A stretch of 64,000 nucleotides of DNA from the human T2T-CHM13v2.0 reference genome, Homo sapiens (GCF_009914755.1 NC_060935.1); one strand, 5' to 3'; shown: positions 45,298-60,502, counted from the first letter of the stretch. Numbers and translations are program-made. The notes: generated by a model from the letters alone, not told the origin.

Positions 45298-47671
45298 TAT
45301 TTTTAGGAGTTTTAATTTCATTAAAGTGCTAATAAATTGGGAACATTTTTGAAAGAGTAGTTAATGTGGCCAAACTCTCACCTCTGAAAGACATCTAGTG
45401 GTTACATGTTGGATGGGTTGACTTGGATGAAGAGTGGAAAGTATTGATACATGTAATAGACATGATGATAATTTAGGGGGAATGTTCCTGAGTCATGTTG
45501 ATTCTATGTGTTCTGTGAGCCTAGTCTCAGACTTTTTCAATCTGTCTGTAATGCTATAATAAAAGAAACTTTTCTAATTCTTATATCTAATGATATCTTA
45601 CATACCACAATTGCAGCAACTACAAATTAAACTTTATTAAAATTTGACTCTAGTACACAGTGAAATCTCAGCTCCAGAGCTTGACATACAGGGCCCGTCA
45701 TCCTACTTTTAGACTAATATTCCTCTATGACCCCACCTCTACTCCCTCTTATGTGCCAATACATTTAGTCAATGTACAATAATCTTTCTATTTGTGTGAC
45801 AAAAAGTTTAGGACCAATTTGCTATGCTTTGAAGCCTCTATTTGTGGCATATGGTCATTCTAAAAAAGTAATGACAGAGCTGAGATTATTTCTGTTTAGA
45901 ATCTACTCCTATATGTCAAAAGTTTTTGAAGAGCCTACTCCTAAATTCTCCAGTGAACTAATTTTTTGCTGATAGCCTGAAATCAAGTTCAATCGACTTT
46001 CATAGGAAAGAAAAAAATAACAACTAAACAGTCATGCCAAATGTACATTCTTTTTCTAAATTCTTCTGGGGTCTTATGCAACTTTGGGTCTTTTAAGTCA
46101 TCTTCTGGATCTTCTTATTCTGTCTTTTCAATATATATGTTTTTTTCTTTTTTTGCATTCACATCTGAGGTTTCTTGGAACATATGAGCTGATTGATACA
46201 GCTGTGGGATCCCTGGTCTATAGATTCTTTGAATTATTCCAAATTGTTTTCTCTACTTCTCTTTGTTGTCTTTGATTTTGTAAAGTTTTTGCCACAAGGA
46301 TATTTCCCTTTTCTGAAGGGTGTTTAAGATGTAATTGAACTTTGGGAGTTTCTGAATGGTCACAATAGAAGTAAAACAGGTCAGAAAGAGGAGCAAGGGC
46401 AGCAGGTAATAGAGGATGATATAATGAGGGCAGAAGCCTAACAAGATAAAACCATTAGGCTTAAGTTGTGATTTGGGAGCACCTAAGTGAGAGTTTTAAG
46501 TTTTGAAATTTTTTTATTTGCCTTATCCAAGGAATATTTTAAGAAAGTAATTTTGGATCCTATATTTCTGTTGGAAACTTCCTCATTCCCTCCAAAATAA
46601 TATATCAATCAAATAAGCAGATATTGGATGTTTGTTCCATCTTATTCTAATGTACTTTTTAGATGAATAATTTTGCTGTATCTGAAGTTCCTCAAGTGGC
46701 CGCTGTAATTCTGTTATCCTTGGAAAGCATGCCATTTAGAAAATAAATAAATACAAATATTTGGATATTAATATAAATACATGTAAGATGCAGGAGTTTA
46801 GTCTTCAGGATGCAAGAACTAGGACTGGGACAAACCCTTGAGAGTCTGGAATCACAACTTATTGCTTGTGCAACTTGTCTTTAGCCCTCAACCTAATGGC
46901 TGGCTGTTCATGACAAACCTGGTAATCTGGTGTTTCCTGAAGGGCTGGGTGGCTGTTTGAAGAGAAGATTTCTCTCAAACCAGACTTTCACAGAGAGAAA
47001 AAAAAAGCTCTCAAGGTTTTTGATATGAGATGTAACACAACATTTGTCTTATGAAGAGGCTGATTCAGCGGGCCTTACTTTGAACTCATTGGCCATTCGA
47101 AGCTGACTCAAAAACAAACTTATAGGAACCTATGTCTGCCCTCTTCTCTATATGGACTTACACTTGTAGGAAACGAAGAACATAGGCAGAGTTAAATAGT
47201 ACTATTGTTGGCAATAAAGCAGTATTCCACAAAGATGAAGGCTTTCCAAAGTGTTCCTTAAAACTTTTCCAAAGCGTTCCTTAATCCTTAGCTTGGATTA
47301 GTACAAGCTAATCCAAGTATTCCTTAAAAACTTATCTTCTTTCCTAGAAGCATTGGGAAATTTGACAAAAAAAGTATAAGCTCAAATCCAATGGAAGACT
47401 TACCTCATCACCATGGTCAGAGATCCCCAAGTAGAAGGCTCAAGGGGTAGGGTATTCATAGGTGTATTGAAAGGCACCTTAAATCATTGATAAGTCGACT
47501 TGAATAATATGTTTTTCTAAAAAAGATAATACAATTCATATTAGGATTTAAGTGCTCAGTTTATTGTTCAGATGAGTGTTAGGAAGTTCGTTAAACAAAA
47601 ATTATTTGCAAATTCATCTTCCTAAGCTAAAAATTTTCTGGAATGTGAGTCATGCTAATTCTAATGTAGAC

Positions 47672-47834
47672 CAGTAATTCTAGAACTTTAAATCGTAATT
47701 ACCTAGAAGGCTTATTAAAACACATATTTCTATGCCCTATTCCCAGAATTCAAAATATCTGGGCTAGGTCCCTAGAATTTCCATTTACGTGATGCTAATG
47801 TTACTGATCTGTGAAGACACTTTGAGGGCTACTG
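47672..47834. mobile_element. MER5A (hAT-Charlie)
   Basis: cagtaattct…acctagaaggcttattaaaacaca…gtgatgctaatg…cactttgag…actg. Confidence 0.65.
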
Positions 47835-48989
47835 ATAAAACATAGTTTTAGTCAGTTTTAGTCAGTAATCCCATTATGCTCTATAGCCAGTGAAAGCTTC
47901 ACAGAGAACAAATATAACTATGAGTGGCAATGAAATTGTTTTAATACAGCTCACATTTGTCAGTTTGTAATATCTGAGATGTTTATTACTTAAGAGGATA
48001 TTGGAATCTTACTATTATGCCTGACTAATTTAAGATATCCAAATTTTATGTTATTCCTCTAAACAAGAAAGAGATTTCTCTAATGTCAATGACCAACTCA
48101 ATATAATTAACTGAGTACAATTTACTCTTATTTCCTAGAATTTTTTTACACTATGAAAATAGTCAGGTCAGTCAATAAGTCTTAATATAAACTGATTGAG
48201 GAGACGTGCCCATTGGCTTTGGCTGACAATGCTACACTCAGTGCAGGTTTTATCAGTATGTGCTGACCCCTGACAATCCCATTTTCTCCTTTTCTCTTTC
48301 AATATCTAATTTTCTCATAAGCTGTATGGTGTACATTTTAATGCTTGCCATATCCCAGCTCTTACCAATCATATTCATAATCATTTTATAAAAAAAGTAC
48401 ACTGCCTCTAGATATCTGCTTATTTTTCCCAAATGCATGCTGCCCCTAAGCTTAGTCCATTCTAACTTATTGTCAGAACCAGAATGAGTCTTGCCCTGAA
48501 GGGACCCTTTCAAACTCACTGTTGGTTCTGAATGCATTTTTGCCTTCAGGCTCCCTCTATTCCTTCAGACCGATCATCCAGGCTCCAGTGAATGTTGCCT
48601 TTGGGTTGTCTCCTTCGGTTTCAATTTCAAGGCTTGCATGCTTTTTACCCTCAGGTTTTCCCTTTTCAGTTTCTGTATGAGATTTTAAGGGCCTCGTGGC
48701 TTTAAACACTTTCTCATTGCAGTATTTTCCTGTTTCACGCTCCAGTAACATGGATATGGGCGGCTGTTTCATTGATCTGATGTTCCCTCTTAAAAATTTC
48801 AATATTCTCTTTTCTTATTTATTTTTTATATTATACTTTATTTCAAACTATAAACTTATTCACTGGTAAGCCATGTAGTATATATATAAAATGAAGTGTC
48901 TCACCAAATACGTATTTTCTACAGGAGGAAATGATTTCCACACCTACGCAATCATAACCAGTGGAAATATTGGTACTAAACAAAAGATG

Positions 48990-49400
48990 TGTACTTGTTT
49001 TAATTTAAGCATAAATGGTTTTATTGGAAGCTAGTTATGTAGCTCACAGAAATAACACAGAACTTAGAACCATGCTCCAAAAAACTAAGGGTGGGTCAAG
49101 GAGGCTAAATGGAAACTAGACAGCTGGAAACACAGCCATGTACATATCAATAGAACAGTTTGGTTAGGGCACCACCAGTAAAGATGCTGGATACTGATGC
49201 TACCCCCAGAACTGCTGCCAGTAGATGCTGGATGCCACCAGCATCATATTTTAATAATTTTTAGAAATGCCTCTATTTGAATCACCAATATGATGTTCTA
49301 GGTCCCTAGGTCCCAGATGGGAACATAAGATTGGCTGAACTAAGTTCATGCCTCTAGGTCTGGGTGCCAGACTTCAAGCTGAAGTTCAACAAGTTCCCAG
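48990..49400 (-). mobile_element. MLT1-type (ERVL-MaLR) LTR fragment
   Basis: ttattggaag…tagctcacagaa…gattggctgaactaagttcatgcc. Confidence 0.5.
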
Positions 49401-50304
49401 CTTCATTGACTTGGGGAATACAAGACAGGGTCCTGCTGCAATTCATGGTAAGCATGATAGTAATGCCCAGACACTGAAGTGGTTCATATGTTATGTCCAA
49501 GAAAACATTAGAAATGTAGAAAATATTTACAAGATCATTACCTTTTACTTGTAAATGGTATCTTACATGTGCTTGTACTAATTTTCATTTTTGAATGTAA
49601 CTTTTCTTTTATTTGGACTGATATTTTTTTCCCTTACTGGCTGCCCAACACCACTTTTCTCTTTGTTCTCAACTCACCTGGAATACAAGGTAAATTATGG
49701 ACACTACCTGTAGGCCAAATTCCAGCTTATCACTAAATTGACAAGCATGAGCAGCCTCAAGAAGCACAATTTAATCTGGTTACAGATAACTTAAATTATG
49801 CTGTCTCTTGGGATAGATGGTTGGATTACCTTTGAAATGCCTGAAGAATTCCATGCACCTCTGTATGTTCTCATGTTGCCTTCAGTGAGCCAGATCTGTT
49901 TATCCTGAAGATTTTCTAGAAAAGCCATTTATCTCTTCTTCCAATGTCTTGCCTTTCATGTGTTTCTGAACTCTGTCTACTATAAAGTTCGTATCTAACC
50001 AGTACAAAGCAGGTTTGTATTGCTCACAAACATATTAAAAGTTTGGCCTTATAATAAATAATGCCCTTGGCTTATTTCAGGATGGGAAGCGTCTGATTCT
50101 TTCTGGTCCTTTCTAAGTGTGTTTTTAACAACACTAGGACAATGTTGCCAGATGGAAAAGAAAACTGCTTTATCCTACAAGTATGTCTAGGTGACTGAAA
50201 CCTATCCAGAGGATGGATCGTTTGTTTCAATTATACATAAATCAATTATGTCTTTTATTGAACATGATTTTAAAGTAAAACTTTTAATTATGATCTTTTT
50301 TTTA

Positions 50305-50470
50305 GATTCAATAAAAATTAGAGTGCCTACTTTGTGCTAGGCACTGTTCTCAGGGCTAAGAATAAAATACTGAAAAAAAGAAGTGGAAAAAAAGTGCCCA
50401 CTGTAATAGAGCTTATATCCTAGTAGGGCTGTCAGTCATATATGTAATAAGTAAGTGAAACATGAAACAT

Positions 50471-50507
<37 letters not shown>

Positions 50508-51080
50508 GTCATAAATGCTGAAGTAGGGAAGGATGTTGGTAGTATTGAAATAGGTAGAAAAGACATTGTTGAAATTTTATCTAGAGTTGCCATAGAAGGT
50601 TGTATTTAAACAGACAGTGAGGGAAAAATCCATGTGGATATAAGGAAAATAATATTCTAGGTAGAGGAAACAGGGTTAAAAAACTATCTGAGGCAGGGAC
50701 CTCCCTAGTTTTTTCCTAGAAATATAGAGGAGGCAGGTTTAGTTTAATAAGAGTGAGTATTGTGGTTTGGGGTAATTGAAGGGATGACGACAGAAAGAAA
50801 ATTCGGAAGTTACTATAAAGACTATGTATTTTATCCTGAGTGAGTTGGGAAGCCCTGAAGAGTTTTGAGCATAGTAGGCTTTCTTCTGACTGAGTAGCTC
50901 AACCCTTTGGAAAGAATGATCAGGAGCTCAGTTTTTATACATCAAGTTTGTGTTAGCTATTAGGCAGCTAAGAGGCTATGTCACATAAGTGGTGGTAAAA
51001 TAAACAAGTCTGACATTCAGTGAAGAGGTGGAGGCTGGAGATATATAAATATGACAGCCATAAACACACAAATAGTAGAG
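50305..51080 (-). mobile_element. L2a LINE
   Basis: attcaataaa…gagtgcctactttgtgctaggcactgtt…gagcttata…ttctaggtagaggaaacag…aggctggagatata. Confidence 0.75.
50473..50504. repeat. (GT)16 microsatellite
   Basis: Directly visible. Confidence 0.95.
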
Positions 51081-51599
51081 AAAGCTGTATGCTATTGCTG
51101 CATAACTAAATACCTCAAAAATCACTGTTTACATTTATATATATGTGTATATATATATATTTTCTCACAATATTAGAGTTAGGGAGCTATAACTTGCAGA
51201 GCTAAGCAGCTTTACCACACATACATAGAAAGTTACATGCCAGGATTTAATTTCAGAGATCTTTGCTTCTGGAGAGCCAGTTCAATCCATTACAAGCCCT
51301 GCATTCTCAGCTCCTCCTGGAGCTGTCTGCTCTTCCCACAGTTCCTCACCAGTCTGCTGTGTGTCCTATGCTTGCTTCTCCAATTTGGCCAGGTTCCTTT
51401 TTCTGCCCAAAGTCTTCCTTCATTGTCATTAATCAAAGACTGGCACTCTTCTGGTCATCTGAGCAGGAGGCGAGGAAAAATGAAAAATGGGCAAGGTCCC
51501 ACAGAGCTCAGAAAGCTAATGAGTTCAAGACTCTGTAGACAGCACTAAATGATGAGGATTGAATGGAGGTTGGGGAGAAAGGGAAACTGATGGTGGGCA

Positions 51600-51790
51600 G
51601 TTATATATATTATATAATTTATAATTATACATTATATATAGTTATAATTTATATATACACATACATACATATATAATAATGTATATATAACTTGATTAAT
51701 AAAGGAAAGCATATTATCCCTCCCTCCCTCCCTCCTTCCTTCCTTCTCTCCCCTTGCCTCCCTCCCTCCCCACCTCTCTCCCTCCTTTCA
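51600..51790. repeat. AT-rich simple repeat followed by a (CCCT)n pyrimidine tract
   Basis: Directly visible. Confidence 0.8.
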
Positions 51791-54395
51791 TCTTGTCTTT
51801 TTCTTTTTTTCAGAGACATGATGCTTATACTGGTCATTGGTTTTAAGTATCTGGGCAAGACATCCATTTTATAATTTGAAAATTTATTGCAATGAGGATT
51901 CATGGTATTTATTTACTAAATGGATGGGTAGGCCTTGCCAATTAATTTTTTCTTAGACTTTCTTGTCCTTCATTATCATGGAAACAATATGTAGACTATT
52001 CTTTTACAAAAAGCCTGAACCATTGCTTGGCAGAGAGGGAACTTTACTTCATTTTACTTCTGCTGTGCTCTATGACCCTCCTAGTGGAAGATGCTTCATT
52101 GGTTTCTGTTACCAGCATGCAAACAGATTTTTAAAAGTTTCTCAGAGCTAAATGTACACAGAATATGGCAAATACTTCCCTTTAGTCATTTATGGGTCTG
52201 AATGAACAATAGGTTTTCTTCTCTGAAAACATTTGTAGAGCCCTTTCATCCCATTCAGAATTATCCTGTGGAATTCACACACCTTCTCATTGAAAGAGTC
52301 CTTGCTGCCAAGTGTTATTAACATTCCTGTAATATCCTATTTACAATCTGTATTTTGAGTTTCCAGTCTCTCTATTAATAGTTCTATTAATATTCCTATA
52401 CTGTTTCATCTTCTCTCATTAGTAATAATGCCATATATACAGACTCCAGTGTGGTTATTTTCTCTTCTTATTAAGGGATTCTACATATCCCCAAGGTTTC
52501 TTTTGTACATATGTGATGGGTAAAGTTTAATTCCAGTAATATTATTGCTAGTTATATAAATGCCACTTGTGATTGTAATAATTGCTCATAAAGTCATCTA
52601 ACTGTAGAAATCAGTGGTTCATAAAACATGATAGTAATCTCACATATATAATTCAAATGCAATTTCATAGTAAGATACATATTTAGTATATATTGTTCAT
52701 TTGCTGATTTGAATATATTAAAATATTGATATTTAACATGACAACATAGCCTTCTAGACTGGTTATTTTAAAGTTAATTAAACTCAGGAATGTGAAAGAG
52801 AGGAGATCAGTTTACATATTATACCAGTAAATGTGGGTATGTATGGGCCTGTAAATAAGCTGTTGGTTAGGAAATATGGAATTTTATTTTGTTAACTACA
52901 ACCAAGACAACAATAACAGTAAGTCTAATACTAGGCTATAATATCAGAAAATCTCAATACCGGGCTTTTGAAGAAAAATACAATAAAAAGAATGGAAATA
53001 TTCAAGCTAAGAAATATACAGAATTTTAAATGTGCATATGCATGCAAAATGTATATTATCTGAGAAAGTTTTTATTTTAAAAATTTAGATTTATACGGGT
53101 TGTAGAAAGTCCACAAATTGCAGAACTGAAAAACAATTACACTAAAGCTATCATAGTTGAAAACATGGTCATATTCTCATTAATAATTAACTAGCTTATT
53201 ATCAGGTTGATCATTTGTACTAAGATGATGTGGAAATAGAAAATTTGATTAGTATCAGACAGGAAGAAAAGAAATGAGCTTAAAATATGGATTTTTTTTT
53301 CATTATAGAGAAGCTATGCAAGAAATTTGCTCATAGACCTATAGGGCACAAAAAGAAAAAAGAACTCAGACAATGCATCATTTTGCATTGAATTTGAATA
53401 TTTTATTGTTGTTAAAAGCATGTAACCAAAATAAACTTAGTCTTCTGTCCCCACATTAAGATCTATTCCCAAATAGTAGTATATTAAAAATAAACAAAAA
53501 TCTGACTCAAAAGCTCTTCAAAGTGATATGTCTTCAGTGAAGGCTTTTGAAGAGGCAGCAAAAGAAGTATCCTATGAGAGAGTGCAAGTAAGGCATCCTG
53601 ACTCATGTCTTCCCAATACCTCACACAGTATTCCTACTATTCTAATCTCCCTGCGTCTCTTCCTCCAAACTCCAACCCCTCTGGATTTCCCTCCTTCCAC
53701 AATGTTGTAACTTCACCACAATTTCTGAGATTTTTTTTTCTTTAAGTAGCATTGTGTAAATACAAATCACTTTAAATTCTTTGGGAATTGTCCAATCCAC
53801 CACTAGCCCATGATGCTTCTCTGAACAACAGATACCTGTGATCCAACAGGTTGTAAGAAATGACTTTTCCTTTGATGGCCGGAGGGAGAGGGAAACACTT
53901 TGCATATCTACATTTTGTCTCTTTCTGAATACCACTGCATATGAAAATTTGTTTCAAGAAAAGAATTCATGAAATATGCCTCTTCATATTTCATGCAAAG
54001 ACTGAGTGTGTGGGGAGAGGGACAGAGAGGGGACTGGGATGGCAGTATGTGGAAAGCTGTATCAGCAGCAGTGGTAGTGAAAATCTGATTCCGCCCAACT
54101 GAGTTTGCAAAGACACCAGAAGTTTCTGGGGTGTGCCCTCAACCACCAGGAAGGCCAGAGAGGTGAACGTGGAATATGGACAGACCTTGGCTTCTACCTA
54201 TTGCTGCTGTAACCACTCTGATCTACTTCAGGCTCTCAAGAAAAGTTCTTAGCCAAGATAAAAAATAACACACACTCCAGATAAGATCTACAGGCAAAGC
54301 AAAATCTTCATAAAAGAAGATGGTATAGACTTCGATGTGAGGACAATTTTCAGTTGGATTTGACTTAGAAGGGGAGACAATCTCTGTGAACTTGC

Positions 54396-54691
54396 GGTCA
54401 GGTGCAGTGGCCCCACGGCTGTTATCCCAGCACTTTGGGAGACTGAGGCTAGAGGACTGCTTGAAGCTAAGAGTTTGAGACCAGTCTGGGCAACATAGTG
54501 AGACCCTGTCTCAACAACAACAAAGAAAAATAGGCGGGCATGGTGTCACACATCTGTAGTCCTAGATACCTGGGAGGTGGAGGTGGGAGGATCACTTGAG
54601 CCCAGGAGTTCGAGGTTACAGTGAGCTACGGTTGCACTACCTCACTCCAGTGTGGGCAACAGAGTAAGATCCTGTCTCAAAAAAAAAAAAA
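54396..54691 (+). mobile_element. AluJ
   Basis: gggaggatcacttgagcccaggagttcgagg; TSD tctctgtgaa(c/t)tt at 54381-54393 and 54693-54705. Confidence 0.92.
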
Positions 54692-56195
54692 GTCTCTGTG
54701 AATTTATAAATTGCAGATTCAATAATTAAAGCCAGTGCCTCTTGATTAAATTGGGCTCAGTTGGAGAACTTAGGAAGTTGTAGTGGAGTTATTCAAGATG
54801 AAGAAAAAAACCCAAGACAATTTTGAAGCAAATTATCTTTTCAAAAATGAGACCATGAACCAGATTCAGACTGTGCTGATGGCTTCAGCAGACCTAACTA
54901 AATCTAAAGAATTCAAGACAACAAGCAATGTTGGAGCACAACAGGCAAGATGGTCTAATGAAAGAAATCCAAAAGGGACAATTATAATTGGGTAGCATAT
55001 GAGAACCAACATGTATACCAGTCTTTTAGATATAGCGGCCTACCTGGGCAAGGGATTGGGAAGCATTTCTATGTATCAGCAAATATTTTGACCATTTAAC
55101 TAGTAGCATTCTGACAGAGAACTTAAGCAGAGATGTTTGCCACTGGTATGATGTATAGAGGAACACTAACATAACAGCCAGTATACCACTCTCTACATAT
55201 AGGTCACAAAAACTTCTCTACCAGAAGTATTGTGAGAAACATTTATAACTCTAGAAATTGACTAGGATAATAAGGGTAGAGTGAAGGGGATAGGACAGAG
55301 ATACCCAGGAGAGGACTCAGGATAACACTATCAGTCTACCCTGCATGCAAGCATTGAAGGGGGTACATTATCTGTAATGGATTTTATAAACAATAATAAA
55401 ATCACTTAAAGTCTGTCTGCTTTTACATCACCACACACTAGCTATTCTAAACAATGCCATTGATAAAATGCCAGGAAGAATTTTTCTATTTACCCTCCTC
55501 CCACTCTTGATACATTACTAGAAGAGGTCAAAACCAGAATCCAAGAAATTGTTAAATTCAGTATTTTAAGGAATCACTTGGCAAGGAAGTTGACAAGAAG
55601 TAGTAGTGAAAGATACGGAGATTAAGAACATAGTCATCTTTACTGATGAAATAAAAGAAAGAAAAGAATAAAAGTCTAGGAAAAGAATTACACGTCAACA
55701 TCACAATGACAACCAAGGGAAGTAGAAGCTAATAGTCTAGTTATCCAAGTAAAGGTATTATTGAATTGCTAACCAAGAGATGAACAGGGATTTTAGCAAG
55801 GACAATTTCAGGCAGAGAAGTTGAAGCCAGATTTGCTGTCCTGGGATGAAAACTGAAAATTTATCACAGCCAGTAAAAGGAGCTTTCAAGAACTATTTAT
55901 TTAATAATGGGAAGATGACGATAAATACATGGCATCATTAGTTCGAGGACATGCTTCTCTTTCAGCTGGCAAGAGATTTAGGCTGTATGTAAAGCCAGGT
56001 GGATTCCAGAGGATTTCAGAGAGGAGATTGAGGAGGAGCATCAAAGAACCAGGATGAAATAAGAGCTACAGTTCAAGTAACAAAATTGTATTGCTTACTT
56101 TGTGAGTGTTAAGAATCATATAAAAGAAGAAAACTTATTGAGAAATGTGTAAATTGGAAGAATACAAGTTTAAAAGAGAATTTACTGAAAACTCA

Positions 56196-56242
56196 TAAAT
56201 AAATAAATAAATAAATAAATAAATGAATAAATAAATAAATAA
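56196..56242. repeat. (TAAA)n microsatellite
   Basis: Directly visible, one TGAA interruption. Confidence 0.9.
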
Positions 56243-58802
56243 ACGCATGAGCATATGTGTGCCTGCATGTGTACAGAAACATTTTAGGAAACCATACACA
56301 TTAAAGGAGTCATAATTCATTATATGTTCAACTACAAAAGCAAACATGTCTCCTCCTCTTGACACTTTAGCCTCTTTGAGAAAATACTCTTTTAGACTAC
56401 AGTATACATTTCTTACTTAAAATTAAATAATTAGCCTTCTTTTTGAAATTTTAAGAAGTTGCAAAGGGGTTTTGTTAAGAAAAATAAATTTGCTGCTTAA
56501 TTTCATATCTCTCTAGACCCCATCCAGTAAAAATGGAGTAAACTGAGAAAGTAACCTCTACTGGCAACATATTACAATTTGTGTACACATGTACATGACT
56601 AAATAAGTGTGCAGTTTTTACCTATTCAACTCTCATATCACATAAATTTATGTGTGCCTGAGTGTGTGTGACTTGCTACTGCCTTTCACTGTCTAATTGA
56701 TTCATTCATCCAGAATACATTGATTAAGTAGTACTGGATAATGTTAATTGCTGGGTCAAATTTACCACAACCTAGATTATCATCAACTCAAAGGAAAACC
56801 TCTTTATTTAAAATGAGTCATGAGTCACCCCATTTGTTTAGTTGGTTAGTTTTCATGCCCTTGTTGCTTTGCAGCTCTCCACAACCAAGTTACATCATTT
56901 TCACTCTTCTGTCAATATGTTCTTACTACTTTTCTTCTGTCTTGTCTCTTTAGGGGCACTTAACTTCACTTGTTAGCATAGTAGCTGCATGGGCATGATT
57001 TGCCAATTCATTCTGTGTACACATTTATAATTCTATTGGCATCAAATCCTAAATATTAGAATCCTTAATGAGCAGCATGTAGGGAAAGAGCAACCTGAAC
57101 CAGAAAAATGTACAGAAAACTAAAGAAAAGATTTTCATTATGAAGAAGAGCAGAGGTTTTATCAGAGAACAGTCAAAAGGCATCTGTTAGTCCAGAAGTA
57201 ATTGAATACCAGCAAAAGAAGACTTTTTTATATTTAAAGAAATGTGAGAAATGACTGATGACTGTGAATGCCTCCATCCCTTTATTTACCATCTGAATCA
57301 TGAGTAAGGTTCTTATAGTCTTTCTAGCATTGAACTAAACTTGAACCCAAATGTTTCAAAATGAAATTTGTATAAAATATCACAATCTCTAATAATACAT
57401 TTTATTTCCTTTTGATATATCAAGATTATTTTCATGCTATCCACAAAGTATGTTGTGTCAAAATTAGAACAGCAAATTTGCACTTACTTAAAATATTCTT
57501 GTAAAAACCAGTACTTTGGAAGGGGATAGTATTATTTTTATTAAAAATTACCTTACAATTTTGGGAAGTCTCATATTTCTAAAGTTTTATTCAAATTAAA
57601 TCATGTATAAATGTTAATTTAGTAATATTAAAATGTATATTTCATATAAAATAAAAAGTATTCTTTTTTAACTTTTAATAAAATTATCTAATCTAACACT
57701 TAAAACTTAATGGTAATTTCCTATTTTAAAAAAGTTTGCTTTTTAATTTGCTCTTTATAATGAAAACATTAGCACTGATTTTCATAAAATAAAAAGCAAG
57801 ATGATACCAATGTAAAAGCATTTCAGTTTTTTAATTAAATGCCTGTTAGAGTCTGTGTTTCCCATTATAGATGAAAATATAATTGCAAAGTAGGATACAC
57901 ATAACACAGTAAGAAACACACAAGTTAATGGGAAATATTCAGATTCACCATGACCATGTGCAAATCTGACCATATTAGGAGCATGCTGTTCTCTCCAGGG
58001 CTGTGCAAAGTAAAATGGCATATTTTCAGTAGTAAATCATAGTCAGTTGTCCTAAAAAGAATGAAGGAAACAGAATTCCAAAAGTCAGAAAGGAATGTAT
58101 AAGCACAGAAGTCTTGAGATTAGAAACAAATAGCCTCCAAACACCAGTGAATCTTAAAACCATCAATAAATTGTAGAACACAAACATATCTCCTCTACTG
58201 TCACCATCTTTATCTGCAATAAAAGGAAATGAATTATTTCATAGTGTTGCCATCTCTTTATGTTGTGTTCCATTAATAATAGCAATATTTACATGTAAGT
58301 AACTTTTGAAATCTAGAGGTGATTATTAACTCAGAAGTAATTTTACCAAAAAGTTTTAAAGGCTACATGCACTTTTGAAACCATACCACCTACACATGTG
58401 GACAGATATACAAACACAGAGGCCTCATTAGAGTTGATTCATGCTTTATGTGACAAAAAGGAAAAGAAGAAAAAAAAAAAGCTTGATTCTTTTTATAAAG
58501 TTAAAGTTGAACTATAAATACAGTGAATGTTGGACACATTTTAAAACATACGTGTTTGGCATATTATTTTGATTTCATAGTTTTAACTCAATAGAAGTGT
58601 TTTTAAAATTACCTTGACTCTGTTGTGAAAACCTGATAAAGCATTTTATTATCATTACATTCTCATCTGCTCATTAGTGACTGTGGAATTTTTTATAAAT
58701 TAGCATACACATAAAATGATAAAGGAAGTTATATGTTGTTTATTAAATATAGATACACGCATATGCCATATATTCAAATAACTTTTTTGCTAGTATTTAT
58801 CC

Positions 58803-59093
58803 TTTTTGTTTAGAGACAGAGTCTTCCTCTGTCGCCCAGGCTGGAGTTCAATAGCACAATCTCAGCTCACTGCAACCTTCGCCTCCTGGGTTCATGCGAT
58901 TCTCCTGCCTCAGCCTCCTGAGTAGCTGGGACTACAGGTGTGTGGTACCACGCCCAGCTAATTTTTTGTATTTTACTGGAGATGGGGTTTCACCATGTTG
59001 CCCAGGGTGGTCTCAAACTCCTGAGCTCAGGCAGTCTGCCTGCCTTGACCTCCCAAAGTGCTAGGATTACAGGCATGAGCCACCACGCCCAGC
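58803..59093 (-). mobile_element. Alu (AluSz6/Jb-like)
   Basis: Dimeric Alu; flanking repeat gct(a)(g/a)tatttat at 58789-58800 and 59096-59107. Confidence 0.92.
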
Positions 59094-59308
59094 AAGCTAA
59101 TATTTATTCTAATGGCCATTACTGCTGATTGTAAGTACCTATAATGTTAGTGAGGGTATGGCCAAACAGACAAAATTAAGATCAACAAATTTTTCTCTGT
59201 TAAATACATGTGGAAATTGTCCATCCTTTAAAAACAGTAGCTACAACTGTTTTTAAAAAGTCTTCAGTAGATAAAATCAATACCCAACATGGATGAGATG
59301 TGAATTAG

Positions 59309-59828
59309 TGTTACATCAAGGTTATTCCCCAGTGACCTAAGCCATGTATGTAAAGTAAATTGTGACCACCATGCCTCCAAGATCTGACTATGGGAACCTA
59401 ATTGATCAGTGGCCCCAGCTCTTACATTGTGAAATCCAGCACTGCATTTATGCTGAGGCTACACTTCCTACTCACTGCCGCCAACTAATTACTGAGCACA
59501 GCAGGAATACTAAGTTCCACAGCAGGAACTAAGCCAGTTCCTGGGAGGCATAGATCTCTTTTGATGGTGACTGCGATTCAAGGGCTTCTCACTGGCCCCA
59601 CTAAATTTTCTTAGAACTAGATCTAGGACCAATCCAGGGGCTTTCATCCAAAATCACTTACTTCCCTCTCTTCTGCACAAAGATCAAACCTTTTATTTCC
59701 ATGAGCTAGCTCCCTTAGCCTTCTTCCCACTTATTTTCCCTTTTCTATCATTAGCAGTTCCCCAGTAAATCACTTGCACATCAGATTCCTTCTTGGCATT
59801 TACTTCACCAAGGACACTGACTAATACA
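59309..59828 (+). mobile_element. LTR16-family (ERVL) solo LTR
   Basis: ggccccagct…gctgaggctacacttcc…ccagttcctgggag…taaatcacttgcaca…gactaataca. Confidence 0.7.
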
Positions 59829-60502
59829 CAAACATATTGGTATCTTTGGAATTTAATGGAGGAAACTGCTTAGAAATCTCCTATAGATTTCTAATATAGC
59901 ACCAAAAAGCATTCTTTTAGTTTTTGAAATACTCTTGGCATATGTAGTCAGAAAATGTGGCAATATTATCATGGTAACCAGATCCTAATGCAGCTCAAAG
60001 CAGCCTCACATTTTTATTTTCCTTCTCTTTAAAACGCTATTGTTCTCCTAAAATAAATATTGGCAGTTCTGCCAATGGAGACATGTGCAAGGGAAGCAGA
60101 CAATCAATGTTGACTAAAAAAAAAAAAAAAAGGTGAAATCTTCCATAGAAGTCTGAGAGTAGGAAGAATGGCTGAAGTGTCATCTTTGTCATTGAAATGC
60201 AAGAATATATGTGTGGCACGAAGAGATATGTAGGAAAGTGCCATGTACAGTAAGAATAAATGGTATGGGAAGGAGATATTTTAGAGTATTCAGAAGAGGA
60301 GAAGTAAAGTAAAAATTAAAAAGCTTTAGAATTCAAGGGAAACTTCATTAGATCACTTTGTAAAACTAAATTAATTTCAAAAGTTCAATTTCTGCCTCTG
60401 TAGAAGCAGAATATATTAGATAATTTATAATGTTGTAATATGAAGTCTAGCTCTAATATTCTATGACTCATTTATTAATTTATTAAGTAATTAATGCAAA
60501 GG

